Positions 1-9,491 of a stretch of DNA of 64,000 bases are shown piece by piece (position 1 is the stretch's first letter; every line of letters starts with the position of its first letter). The position numbers were made by a program, and so were the translations under genes. This stretch comes from Candidatus Buchananbacteria bacterium (GTDB taxonomy: Bacteria; Patescibacteriota; Patescibacteriia; 2-01-FULL-39-33): assembly GCA_903859075.1 (NCBI GenBank), contig CAIOLF010000024.1, positions 5,048 to 69,047 of the forward strand, in the 5' to 3' direction. The notes beneath the pieces are model-generated. The model had not been told where the DNA came from. It did no database searches and worked only from the letters and a program-made list of their open reading frames with translations.

Positions 1-2
1 TT

Positions 3-338
3 TTGCCAAGCGAGCGTGAAGGACAGCCCAACGTGATGATGGAGATGATGGCGTGTGGCAATCCTGTAATCGGATCCGATATCCCAGGCCTTCGGGAAAT
101 TATCGCAGCCGGCAAAAACGGCTTGATTTTTCCGAAGGATAACCGCGTCTTGTTTCAGCAAGCGATGCATCAACTGATCGACAATGAATTGTTGCGCATT
201 GAGCTGGGGCATAGCGCCAGGGAATTGATCGTATCCGTAAAGGACGTGCGAGTTGTTACCGAGCAGTACCTCCAACTGTATGAAGGAAGGGCTTTACCGG
301 CGACTCTCGCAGATTATGATCGCAGTTGCAGTCACTGA
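3..338 (+). CDS. GT4-family glycosyltransferase, C-terminal part (truncated by window edge)
   Basis: EGQPNVMMEMMACGNPVIGSDIPGLREII matches the GT-B/GT4 E-x7-E motif. Confidence 0.85.
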   Translation: MPSEREGQPNVMMEMMACGNPVIGSDIPGLREIIAAGKNGLIFPKDNRVLFQQAMHQLIDNELLRIELGHSARELIVSVKDVRVVTEQYLQLYEGRALPATLADYDRSCSH

Positions 339-1362
339 AACAGAGGAGGATCGAGAAGTGTTTACTAAGATCAGGGTTTCAGTTTCAAGGGTATGTGAAA
401 TGCAGTGTGTCTACTGCCCTCATGGACCCTTGATCAACATGGAGAACTACGACGGCGACGAGCAGTATTGCATGACCACGCAAGAATTGGTGGGAATACT
501 TCGGATCATGCGCAAGCATGGTTTGGAAAATGCCCATCTTACCGGAGGCGAACCGCTCAGAAGGAAAGACTTGGTTGATTTGATTGCCCAGATTACGTCC
601 TTGGGAATGAAAGTCGAGCTCAATACCAATGGCTTGGCTCTCAGTAGGACAATGGCTGAGCGAATCAGAGATGCCGGAGTTGACTTCCTAAAGATTTCTC
701 TCGATGCGCCTAATAGAAGTTCTTTTCTGGCATTCACCGGAATTGACGCTTTCGAAAAGGTAATCGAGGGAATCAAAGCGACGCTTCAGGTGATGCCTGT
801 CAGGCTCAACTGCGTGGTAATGCGGTCAAACTTGGAATCGGTAATCCCGATACTGGGTATCTGCAACGAGCTTGGAGTTCAGGAAATCCATCTGTTGGAT
901 CTGACATACTATCCATGTATGGGCGGTAGATCTTTTTGGGAAAGAGAGTTTGTCCATCTGACCAAGGAGGTTAAGCCCTTACTGGAGCAAGAGTATGTCC
1001 ACGTCTTTGAGACGATGCCCATCTACGGATGTAGATTCTACAGCATGGAAACCTTGCCTGGCGGAACAGTTGCAGTTTTGAAAGAAGCGGAGCCGACTAT
1101 GCGCATCGCTGAATGCGAAACTTGCAACGAGTATTGTCATGAAGGTGTTTTTACTCTCAGGTTGTCTGCCGGCGGATACCTCAATTTCTGCCCATGTAGC
1201 AACCATAACGGCGTAGACGCTCTCGAACTTTACCGCAAGGGAGCACTGGACGGAGTTCTGTCTGCGTATTCACAATACTTCGACAGGGCGAGGTCGGTGG
1301 ATTCTTTCCAGATGTTTTTGGACAAGAACGGCCTGAGCTTTGGAAACGGAGGACCGCCATGA
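316..1362 (+). CDS. MoaA-like radical SAM protein
   Basis: CEMQCVYC (CxxxCxxC), LTGGEPLRRKDL, TNG, and C-terminal CETC..C..LRLSAGGYLNFC twitch-like motif; likely start ATG 316 overlapping the upstream GT. Confidence 0.85.
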   Translation: MIAVAVTETEEDREVFTKIRVSVSRVCEMQCVYCPHGPLINMENYDGDEQYCMTTQELVGILRIMRKHGLENAHLTGGEPLRRKDLVDLIAQITSLGMKVELNTNGLALSRTMAERIRDAGVDFLKISLDAPNRSSFLAFTGIDAFEKVIEGIKATLQVMPVRLNCVVMRSNLESVIPILGICNELGVQEIHLLDLTYYPCMGGRSFWEREFVHLTKEVKPLLEQEYVHVFETMPIYGCRFYSMETLPGGTVAVLKEAEPTMRIAECETCNEYCHEGVFTLRLSAGGYLNFCPCSNHNGVDALELYRKGALDGVLSAYSQYFDRARSVDSFQMFLDKNGLSFGNGGPP

Positions 1363-2558
1363 GAGTGTGCTTCATCAACTTTGACGGGGCACCGACGATT
1401 AAGGCAGCAGTGAATAATAGAATAGGCGGGCTGAATACGATTTTATTCAACCTACTGAAATCTGTTTCACTGCTGCCTGAAATAAAAACGTCGGTAGTCT
1501 ATCGTGATGATGGGTTGAGCGGGTTGCAGGAAGAAATTCCCGGCAGCGTGAAAGCGATCCTGGCAGGGAAACAAGAAGTTCTGTCCCGTAGTGATTTGGA
1601 AGAGGCTATCCCGCTGTTTGTTCAAGGAGTAAAAGGATTTCTCCTAAATGAGCAGCAGGATGTCATTCATACGTCAGGCTCAGAAGCTGGAATAGCCATG
1701 TGCCAATTACGCCAGGAGGGTATTACGATACCTTGGGTCCATACCAACTACGCCACTTTAGCCGTAAGAAGGGTGATTGTTGAAGGTATGTCTTCAAGGG
1801 ATGCTCTCTCTGATATGATTGGACAAAGGGAGTTATGCTGTCTTGAACACTGTGATCACATAATCGCCTTAAGCGAGGTTGATCGGCTAGAAGTTTGCCA
1901 AGTGTTCGGGATATCACCCGGTAAGGTAAGTGTGGCGTGGCCCGGCATAGATCACAACATTTTTTATCCTCCGCGGATAAATGCTGGAAGAGCGCCGGTT
2001 GTGGTAAGTGCAGGGCGAATGAGCAGAATAAAAGATTTCCCCTTTTTGCTGCGAAGTTTCCGAATACTAGATTACCTTAATCCCAGCTTGGGTGCGAGAC
2101 TGCTAGTAATAGGGGGCAATCAGCAGGAAAGGGAATCTCTCGGCTTGCACAATCTAGCCAATAGCTTGCGAGTGAGTGACAAAGTCGCGTATCTGGATGG
2201 AACAGACCAAGGCGAACTGGCAGAGCACTTCCGATCCGCAAAGGTATTTGCCGGCGTCTCTAAGCACGAGACATTCGGATTGTTGCCGGTAGAGGCTAGA
2301 GCTTGCGGAACTCCTTTCGTTGTACGTTCAAACAGTAGTTACTTGGCAACCGCGACAGACGGCTATGGAGGATTTTTTTCGGGCAACGGCTCGGAAGAGG
2401 ATATGGCCCGAAAGCTAAACGTCGTCTTAAGTCTTTCGGAGGGAGACTGGCAAGTAATGTCTAAAGCCGCTTATCGCAGCGCCCAGAAATTCGAATGGGC
2501 ACAAACGGCCAAGGCATGCCACGAAGCATACTGCCAATTAGCAAGAAGACAAACATAA
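1359..2558 (+). CDS. GT4-family glycosyltransferase (MshA-like)
   Basis: GGLN near N-terminus, AGRMSRIKDF, HETFGLLPVEARACGTP; start overlaps the radical SAM stop (ATGA). Confidence 0.85.
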   Translation: MRVCFINFDGAPTIKAAVNNRIGGLNTILFNLLKSVSLLPEIKTSVVYRDDGLSGLQEEIPGSVKAILAGKQEVLSRSDLEEAIPLFVQGVKGFLLNEQQDVIHTSGSEAGIAMCQLRQEGITIPWVHTNYATLAVRRVIVEGMSSRDALSDMIGQRELCCLEHCDHIIALSEVDRLEVCQVFGISPGKVSVAWPGIDHNIFYPPRINAGRAPVVVSAGRMSRIKDFPFLLRSFRILDYLNPSLGARLLVIGGNQQERESLGLHNLANSLRVSDKVAYLDGTDQGELAEHFRSAKVFAGVSKHETFGLLPVEARACGTPFVVRSNSSYLATATDGYGGFFSGNGSEEDMARKLNVVLSLSEGDWQVMSKAAYRSAQKFEWAQTAKACHEAYCQLARRQT

Positions 2559-2588
2559 GACCGGATTCCACGGATGGAACCCGGTCTT
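2557..2588. terminator. Hairpin between convergent genes
   Basis: AAGACCGG-ATTCCA..TGGAAC-CCGGTCTT inverted repeat followed by a T-rich tract. Confidence 0.55.
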
Positions 2589-2596
2589 CTTTATTT

Positions 2597-3427
2597 TTAT
2601 ATAGATGTTATATATTCAATCGCTTTTGCCATTTCATGTATTTCGCATTCAAGCTCGAAGTATCCCTGGTAATTGTATTTTTTGAGCGCTTGAACGACTT
2701 TTTTCCAATCTATCTTTCCTTTGCCAGGGGCTAAATGGGGGTCTGGCCTATTGCTTTTCTTTAGATTGTTTTCCGGTTTTCCAAAGTTATCATGAGCGTG
2801 GATATGATATATTTTAGAATTATATTTCTCTATGGCTAAAAGATAGTTTTCTTCACTGACATTGGCATGTCCGATATCCAGAGTCATGCCGAAATATTTA
2901 TTTTTTACTTTGGATATAGTTTCAGTTAGCAGATCGAATTTGCAGGCTCTATCCGGAAACCAAAAACAGGTTTGAGCTTCATTCTCAATTCCTATTTTGA
3001 TTTTTTTCTTGGCTCCGTAATCGGCTATCTTCTTGTAGGCCTCAATTTCTAATTTTTTTCTTCTTTCTAATTTAAGTCCGTATGGCTCAAGGGCGGGATG
3101 AAGAGTTACCACGGAGGATTTTAGTTGGGAAGCATAGTCGATTGATTTAAATACCTGTTTAATGCTCTCTTGTCTTATAATATTGTTAAAATCATTGATA
3201 CTGCCGCTTAGGTATTGGGCGTGAACGGTGTATCTGATCTTTTTGTCTCTTTGCAGTTTCTTCAAAAAAGCCATTTCTTGCCTGAAATCACCGTCATGTG
3301 GATAATTAAAGTCGATTTCAATACAGTCGACAATATCAGCCAAGTATTTTGTTTCCTCAATAAAATCACGACCCAGCTTTCTGGATCCCTTGGCGCATAA
3401 TTTAAGGTTGTTCTTTTCAGTTTTCAT
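2597..3427 (-). CDS. Sugar phosphate isomerase/epimerase (AP endonuclease 2 TIM barrel)
   Basis: IGIEN, TLDIGHA, HIHAHDN, HLAPGKGKIDW, FELE metal-binding motifs. Confidence 0.85.
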   Translation of the reverse strand: MKTEKNNLKLCAKGSRKLGRDFIEETKYLADIVDCIEIDFNYPHDGDFRQEMAFLKKLQRDKKIRYTVHAQYLSGSINDFNNIIRQESIKQVFKSIDYASQLKSSVVTLHPALEPYGLKLERRKKLEIEAYKKIADYGAKKKIKIGIENEAQTCFWFPDRACKFDLLTETISKVKNKYFGMTLDIGHANVSEENYLLAIEKYNSKIYHIHAHDNFGKPENNLKKSNRPDPHLAPGKGKIDWKKVVQALKKYNYQGYFELECEIHEMAKAIEYITSI

Positions 3428-3473
3428 GTTATAATTTTACATATAATAACCGTAAAAGTAAACACCATAGTAT

Positions 3474-3887
3474 ATGATAAAGAAGGGAAATGATCAACCG
3501 CCAACTTCTGTCAGTGCCATCATAACCCGCAGTGACGGCAAAGTATTTATCGCCCAAAGGAGCTGGAAGAAAAAGTTATCGCCTGGCCAATGGGAGACCG
3601 TGGGAGGTAAATTAGAGTTGAAGGAAGTACTTGAAGAAGGTTTAAGGCGTGAGATCAAAGAGGAATTAGGTGTAGATATAAAAGGCATTAGATTCTTCAA
3701 TAATTATTCCTATGCGGCCGGCAAAGTCAGCGCCACTTATATAGTTGAGATTGAGAAGAGCCCGCAGCCAAACATTCAGGATTTCGCTAATTGGGGCTGG
3801 TTCGATGAAAAGGGAATTTTACCACTGGATTTTGCGGTTGATTGCAAAGAAAGATTATTGGATTATTTTAAAAATTTGAAGAGCTAA
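3474..3887 (+). CDS. NUDIX hydrolase
   Basis: GGKLELKEVLEEGLRREIKEELGV Nudix box. Confidence 0.9.
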   Translation: MIKKGNDQPPTSVSAIITRSDGKVFIAQRSWKKKLSPGQWETVGGKLELKEVLEEGLRREIKEELGVDIKGIRFFNNYSYAAGKVSATYIVEIEKSPQPNIQDFANWGWFDEKGILPLDFAVDCKERLLDYFKNLKS

Positions 3888-4030
3888 CAAAAATATCATA
3901 GAATATACCAATTTTTAATCAAGTAATAAAATCATTAAATCAGCTAATATCAGAACAGCAACCCAAAACCATCAGCAGTTATTGGATTTTACAAAATTCC
4001 CCGGCCAGTTATCGTTTTATAGTAAAAAAT

Positions 4031-4612
4031 GTGAGGACAGACTTAGATGATATTGATTGGGATAGGGTCATCAGCAATTTGAAGCGGGATTTCCAACCCC
4101 TCTGGCGTCCGCTCAAGAACAGGCCAAAGAGAGTTAAGAAGTATCGGGACAAGCAGGAGGTAAATATCATTTTGAAGAAATACCGACATAAACTTTATGT
4201 TTTTATTTCCGCTCTGAACGATGAAGACAGGTTGCTCAGAAATGAAATTAGTATTGCTTTGGTCCGCATCTCACAGAAGGGCAATCTGAGCGCGCAGAGA
4301 CAGCTTATAAAATTATTAAGATATCTGACGGATCAATGGCTCGAATGTTTCCCGCCACTTTACCGTTGGCGAGGTTATGGAGACCAATTAGAAGAAAGAT
4401 TTATCGCCTGCATAAGATGTTACCGTTTTACTGGTTCTTTTATCGGATATTTATATAAGACGCTAGAGTATTCCGGTCGAGGGTTGGTCAAGATGGAATC
4501 ACACTCATTGGATGGTTATGTTGGCGACAGTGGTAAGAGGATAATTGATTTTGTGGCCAAGGATTTGGAGACTGGTGATATCGGAATTTTTGGAAGCAAT
4601 CATTATAATTAG
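4031..4612 (+). CDS. Hypothetical protein, weak sigma-70 region-2-like features
   Basis: 193-aa ORF; QKGNLSAQRQLI and CIRCYRFTGSFIGYLY resemble sigma region 2; may be a fragment. Confidence 0.5.
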   Translation: MRTDLDDIDWDRVISNLKRDFQPLWRPLKNRPKRVKKYRDKQEVNIILKKYRHKLYVFISALNDEDRLLRNEISIALVRISQKGNLSAQRQLIKLLRYLTDQWLECFPPLYRWRGYGDQLEERFIACIRCYRFTGSFIGYLYKTLEYSGRGLVKMESHSLDGYVGDSGKRIIDFVAKDLETGDIGIFGSNHYN

Positions 4613-4623
4613 GAATTACTATT

Positions 4624-5076
4624 ATGACCAATATTTACATAGATGTTTGTTGCCATACGCCCAATGCTCATCTCAAGGGCAGAGAAGTGACCGGCGATTG
4701 TTTTGCCGGCGTTTATATTATTAATGAGGACGGACAGGAACATAAATTTCAGGCGGCAATAGGAATAATGACTAACCCGGAGGCATACATTAATGCGGCT
4801 TTTATAGCTCTAGTCAAAGCTAAGAGTGTTGGAGTCAATGGCGAGGTGAAACTTAATTCTAGTCATGATGTCTTGATCGGTTGGTTATCTGGACGGTATG
4901 GCATTAAACTTCAGACGATTAAGGATATTAGTAGTCAGATCAAGGAATTAGCCAAGGAATTCGATCAAGTTTACTATCAGGTGGTAGATAAGAAAGATAA
5001 AGGTATCACTATGGCTAAGATTCTGGCCAAAGGGCAGAAAACATTAAGTGGTTCCAAGCCCTCCGAGGCTGTTTAA
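4624..5076 (+). CDS. RNase H-like (RNase HI fold) protein, degenerate
   Basis: IYIDVCC, AGVYI, MTNPEAYINAAFIAL, VKLNSSHDVLIGWLSGRYGIK resemble RNase HI IYTDG / TNNEAEY / DSELVV..Y.VK. Confidence 0.6.
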   Translation: MTNIYIDVCCHTPNAHLKGREVTGDCFAGVYIINEDGQEHKFQAAIGIMTNPEAYINAAFIALVKAKSVGVNGEVKLNSSHDVLIGWLSGRYGIKLQTIKDISSQIKELAKEFDQVYYQVVDKKDKGITMAKILAKGQKTLSGSKPSEAV

Positions 5077-5707
5077 GAAGGATTCTGCTTCCATAATGTC
5101 ATCTTAGTCATCTATGGAATTATAGGCACCTCTAAACAGCCCTCTTCAACCAGAATCGTGTAAGTATACTTTGGTCATAAAATCAATATTTTATAAATCA
5201 TTTACCACTAGATTTTGGAAATAATTCTTTAGGCAAAACTTTCCGTCCATAGAAGTCCATAAACTCCAAAATCGACTTCAATTCTTTGAGGCTAGCATCT
5301 CGAATTGCCTGTCTGTATTCGTTGAGAATGGTTCTATAATCGTTCGATGCGCGGAGCCATAGTGTATTACCCCCCCCCCATTTCCCGCCACTTTCCAATT
5401 AATTTTGACAATTTTTTATATTTCTATAATATTAGATTACGGCTTTAGGCCAACATGCGGCTTAGGGTTCGAGGGTTATCTCACTTTGAGACCCGCCTCA
5501 TTGCCGGGGATGACACAAGCTCCCCGGCACGAGAATTCCTCTTCCTAGGAAGAGTTTGATCTTTAGATAATTCATCCCTAGAGAAAGTTCTTTTGAGTCG
5601 CAGTTTTAGACGGAGGCAAAAGATTGTCCGATTAGCTTCCTTGAGAGTTGGTCACTGCAACATAATGGTACGGGCATGGCCCGGTGCTAAGCGAAGGAGA
5701 ATCCTGC

Positions 5708-6580
5708 ATGGCGAAGAAACTGGTTTTACCCGGCATCCGTATCTATGGGACGAATATCCGAGTATTGAAACCGGAAAAATTGGCGCTGCTCCAGCCCGGC
5801 CAACTCCGGAAATTCATTTCGGATACGGATGGCACTTTCAGCACCCTACGCGAGGGCTGGGAAGGCATCATGGGTCCCCTGATGGTTGAGATGATCATCG
5901 GCGGAGCCGAGATTGACGACGCCTTGCGAAACCGGATCGAACAAGATGTCGCCCGCTACATTTTTGAGTCAACGGGGATCAATACGATCCTGCAGATGGC
6001 TCATCTCGTCGAGATGATCAAGGAATACGGCCTGGTCCCGGCCGACAAAACCCTCGACGACCAAGGATACAAGGCGGAGTACAACCGACGGCTGATGGTG
6101 CCGGTGGGTAATCGCATTTCCCGGCTGGCAAACAACAGCCTCAAGCTCACCGACGTGACCATGTACGGCGCCCTGCAGTTCGTGCGGCTCGCGTCCAAGT
6201 CCGTTGACATCCATGTGTTCAGTGGAACCGACGATGAGGACGTCAGGAAAGAACTGGCGGCCATCGGCATCGCGCCCCACGTCAAGTCCATTCATGGCGC
6301 CCTGCGAGAATACAAAGATTCCAACAAGGAGATGGTGCTCAGGAAACTGATGGCCGAATTCGGCCTGAGCGGTCTGCAAGTGGCGGTCATCGGCGACGGC
6401 AAAGTCGAGCTTCAAGTCGGAGCCGAGGCCGGTTGCATTACCATCGGCATTGCTTCGGACGAGGTTCTCGGCCACGGCTGGAACCTGAAGAAGGTGGAGC
6501 GTCTCGCGCCTTACGCGGACCTACTCATCTCCGACTTCCGCTACCATCATGCGATTATGCGGCTGTTGAAGCTGGCCTAG
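5708..6580 (+). CDS. HAD-superfamily hydrolase
   Basis: ISDTDGT motif I, FSG motif II, K, VIGDGKVE motif IV; AAGGAGA SD before ATG 5708. Confidence 0.85.
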   Translation: MAKKLVLPGIRIYGTNIRVLKPEKLALLQPGQLRKFISDTDGTFSTLREGWEGIMGPLMVEMIIGGAEIDDALRNRIEQDVARYIFESTGINTILQMAHLVEMIKEYGLVPADKTLDDQGYKAEYNRRLMVPVGNRISRLANNSLKLTDVTMYGALQFVRLASKSVDIHVFSGTDDEDVRKELAAIGIAPHVKSIHGALREYKDSNKEMVLRKLMAEFGLSGLQVAVIGDGKVELQVGAEAGCITIGIASDEVLGHGWNLKKVERLAPYADLLISDFRYHHAIMRLLKLA

Positions 6581-6716
6581 GGCGAAACCCGTCGAAGACA
6601 GTTATCTCACTTACCTATTAGGTGGAAGTCAACTACGTTGATGACCACCTCTTTTTAATATTAAAAAATAACAAAAATTTATGATATAATGTATATAAAA
6701 TTAATAAATCAACTAT

Positions 6717-7322
6717 ATGTCTAAATTTTTCAAAGTTTGGCTTCCCCTCATAATCATAGTGGGAGCCGTAGCCGGAACTGTAGTCGTTCTCCATAACAGA
6801 CCAACGGAACAGCAACCATTAATGTTTCGGTTTATAGAAGAAAAGATTAACTCCATTATCACCCCCAAACCGCCGATTGGCGATCTGGCACTAGTTCGCG
6901 ACCTGCGAGGAACCTGGAAATCGTCTTTAGCGGGAAAAGGAATCCAGGTCTATGGCAAATTTACGACCGGCCCCGGCATCGCCACGGTCTATGAAGATGG
7001 CGACATGGAACTGATAATCGATTCGGTGATAAACAATATTGCCTCTGGAAAAGTCCGTTTCACAAATTTGTGCGCCACCGCCCAAGCCACAATCCCGAAA
7101 TTGAAAACCATCACTACTAAAAAGTGTACGCCAGATACCGGATACCTTCCGATGGGAATACGGGTCAGCGGCAGCGCTCTGGACTTCGGTACGGTCTCCA
7201 TCCCTGGCGCCGCGGCCTCCATGCAAGGCACCTATACTACCGACATCATAACCGGCAGCATGACAGTAACTCTCCCCGCATACGGAGCCCTTAAAGGAGA
7301 ATTTCATCTCATGCGACAATAA
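6717..7322 (+). CDS. Membrane-anchored/secreted hypothetical protein
   Basis: N-terminal hydrophobic helix followed by a beta-rich domain; hairpin terminator downstream. Confidence 0.7.
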   Translation: MSKFFKVWLPLIIIVGAVAGTVVVLHNRPTEQQPLMFRFIEEKINSIITPKPPIGDLALVRDLRGTWKSSLAGKGIQVYGKFTTGPGIATVYEDGDMELIIDSVINNIASGKVRFTNLCATAQATIPKLKTITTKKCTPDTGYLPMGIRVSGSALDFGTVSIPGAAASMQGTYTTDIITGSMTVTLPAYGALKGEFHLMRQ

Positions 7323-7339
7323 TAGCTATACTAGTGTTT

Positions 7340-7367
7340 AAAACGCCATCCTTACGGGTGGCGTTTT
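7340..7367 (+). terminator. Intrinsic terminator
   Basis: AAAACGCCATCC-TTAC-GGGTGGCGTTTT. Confidence 0.6.
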
Positions 7368-7648
7368 GCATTTTTGACAAGAAGATATTCCTATGATAAT
7401 ATTTATTGTCAACGAACATATGGGAGGGTAAGACATGACACTGGTACATCGGGTATTAGGCAAAAAACGGATCGCGAAATTCTGCGAGCCGCCCAGCATG
7501 CTGGCCGGCTCCTTTTATTTTTAAGTAAAACCAGTTGACGCTTTGGCCGAAATAATATATAAATTAAAACAATCTTATGGGGTTCATGATACTTCATAAG
7601 CGTACAATGGCGTAGCAGAGGTCATCCAAAAGAAGAGGAGAACGCACG

Positions 7649-8824
7649 ATGGCAAAGGCAACACTGGAGTTATTGGTAGGCGGTTGGCACTTGCTTAGCC
7701 AGAAAATGGCTTTTGGCAACCCCACTGCGGGCGGATTTTCAACCATGCTTGAGGCGGTGATGGCGGTGGCCGATCTTAATGAGCAACTGAAGCCCCAATA
7801 CGGCATTGAAATCGCCGTGTCCGGACACTGGTGGCATGAGTTGCTGGTGCCCGACGACGTACCGGAAATCGGGTACAGCGCAAAGTGGAACAACCCGCGG
7901 AGCATCGACCTGAAAGACTGGGCAAAAGGCGTCAAAAAGGGCAAATACGCCCCCATCGGCCGGGTAATTCCTCCAGGTTTCGGGCTGCCAGGTGCCGATG
8001 ACGGCGCATTTATCAATCCGGATCCAGTCCGTCGCAAGCTGGCGCACGATATGATGATGTACAGCTTCCGCATGAGCGAGTATGTGAAGGGTCATGGGGT
8101 CGGCTACGGCGACGTGATCTACTGGACCGGTCCGGACGGCATCCGCTGGAAACGTCTGGTCCAGGGCGACGACATCCTGCTGGGCCACCAGCTTAATCCC
8201 GGGCTGGAAGAATGGAAGATGATTATGAATGGCGTTTCCGGAGCGGTCAAAGCGGCACGCGAAGACGGCTGCACCGAAACCATCCTGCTGATCGAAGGCA
8301 AGCCGGGTGGAGACCCGTCTTACCTGGACGTATTCACCGATACGGCGCTCGAGATCATGGGCATCAAGCAGATCAATGAGCTGGTCGGCGCGCCGATCGC
8401 CCAGTGGCAAGGAGAATTCTGCCACAGCCGCGGCGCGGGCCAACGTTTCTCGGACGCGCTGAAACAAGTCATTGAGGCCGACGTCTTCGGCGGCCAAATC
8501 CACTTCAATTCCGGCGGCCTGGGCGCGGTGAACTTTACCGAATTGCTGTCGGCGCCTGGGGGGACGCTCGCGTCAAAGTTTCCGCAATATGTCGATAACG
8601 ACTATTGCCCCGGGGAAGGCGTTGGTGAATGGGTGGACGATCAGCGCGAGACGATCCGAATCGGAGCCGAGTGGTCGGCCAAAACGGGACGGCCGTTCCA
8701 AATTGAGTTTGATGCCCGGTTTTCCCGCTACGCCGACACCATCGGCGCACTGAGGAAATCGGCCGAATGGGCCATCGGCGTCTTCAATGAGGCGCGGGAG
8801 GAGCTGGAGCAAGCGGCGGCCTGA
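7649..8824 (+). CDS. Xylose isomerase-like TIM-barrel metalloenzyme (divergent)
   Basis: AFINPDPVRRKLA, YWTGPDG, IEGKP, GEFCH, IHFN, DND, IEFD map onto XylA motifs; AGGAG SD. Confidence 0.7.
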   Translation: MAKATLELLVGGWHLLSQKMAFGNPTAGGFSTMLEAVMAVADLNEQLKPQYGIEIAVSGHWWHELLVPDDVPEIGYSAKWNNPRSIDLKDWAKGVKKGKYAPIGRVIPPGFGLPGADDGAFINPDPVRRKLAHDMMMYSFRMSEYVKGHGVGYGDVIYWTGPDGIRWKRLVQGDDILLGHQLNPGLEEWKMIMNGVSGAVKAAREDGCTETILLIEGKPGGDPSYLDVFTDTALEIMGIKQINELVGAPIAQWQGEFCHSRGAGQRFSDALKQVIEADVFGGQIHFNSGGLGAVNFTELLSAPGGTLASKFPQYVDNDYCPGEGVGEWVDDQRETIRIGAEWSAKTGRPFQIEFDARFSRYADTIGALRKSAEWAIGVFNEAREELEQAAA

Positions 8825-8846
8825 AATACGGCTGCGACAATTTACC

Positions 8847-8888
8847 GAGCGCGGTGCTAAAAACGATTTAGCGTCGCGCTCTTTTTTT
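8847..8888 (+). terminator. Intrinsic terminator
   Basis: GAGCGCGGTGCTAAA..TTTAGCGTCGCGCTC followed by T7. Confidence 0.65.
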
Positions 8889-8978
8889 ATTTTACAAAAA
8901 TCGCCAAATCAACTATCATTATAGTAGAAAAAATCATACGGCCTAAACGGGCTGTTAAATAATTAATAACTAAAAACT

Positions 8979-9377
8979 ATGAAAGGATTTAACGCTAACA
9001 TTGAGAAAGAAACATTGGAAAACAGCAATTTCCGCAAAGTGCTCTACACTGCCAAGCACAGCCAGTTAGTGCTGATGAGCTTGAAGCCGCTGGAAGAAAT
9101 CGGCCGGGAGGCGCATACCGACAATGACCAATTTTTCCGCTTTGAAAAAGGACAAGGCAAATGCATTATTGACGGCAATGAGTATGCCGTCACCGACGGC
9201 TCGGCCATAGTCGTGCCGGCGGGAGCCCAGCACAATGTCATCAATATCTCCGAGACCGACGACCTAAAACTCTACACCATTTACTCCCCCGCTCACCACC
9301 AAGACGGCATCGTCCGCGCGACCAAAGCTGAGGCCGAGGCCGACGGACCGGAATTTGACGGAGTGACTACTGAATAA
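8979..9377 (+). CDS. Cupin domain protein
   Basis: EIGREAH..DQFFRFEKG and VVPAGAQHNVIN cupin motifs. Confidence 0.9.
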   Translation: MKGFNANIEKETLENSNFRKVLYTAKHSQLVLMSLKPLEEIGREAHTDNDQFFRFEKGQGKCIIDGNEYAVTDGSAIVVPAGAQHNVINISETDDLKLYTIYSPAHHQDGIVRATKAEAEADGPEFDGVTTE

Positions 9378-9389
9378 ATTTTTTAACTT

Positions 9390-9432
9390 AAACCGTCCCC
9401 GCTGTTCGCGAGCAGCGGGGACGGTTTTTTTT
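9390..9432 (+). terminator. Intrinsic terminator
   Basis: AAACCGTCCCCGCTG..CAGCGGGGACGGTTT plus T run. Confidence 0.7.
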
Positions 9433-9491
9433 AATTATTGCTTTTTATAAAATAAAAAAACGCGCCGATCTCTTACCGATCAACGCGTTAG

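Noticed and set aside
316-1362. Assigning the gene symbol moaA
   Set aside because: No C-terminal GG, no Moco neighbours, and glycosyltransferase context
5969-8812. Long antisense ORFs over the HAD and isomerase genes (e.g. 7739-8503)
   Set aside because: Expected by-product of GC-rich codon usage on the coding strand
7649-8824. Assigning the gene symbol xylA
   Set aside because: Key motifs diverge and no xylB or transporter is nearby
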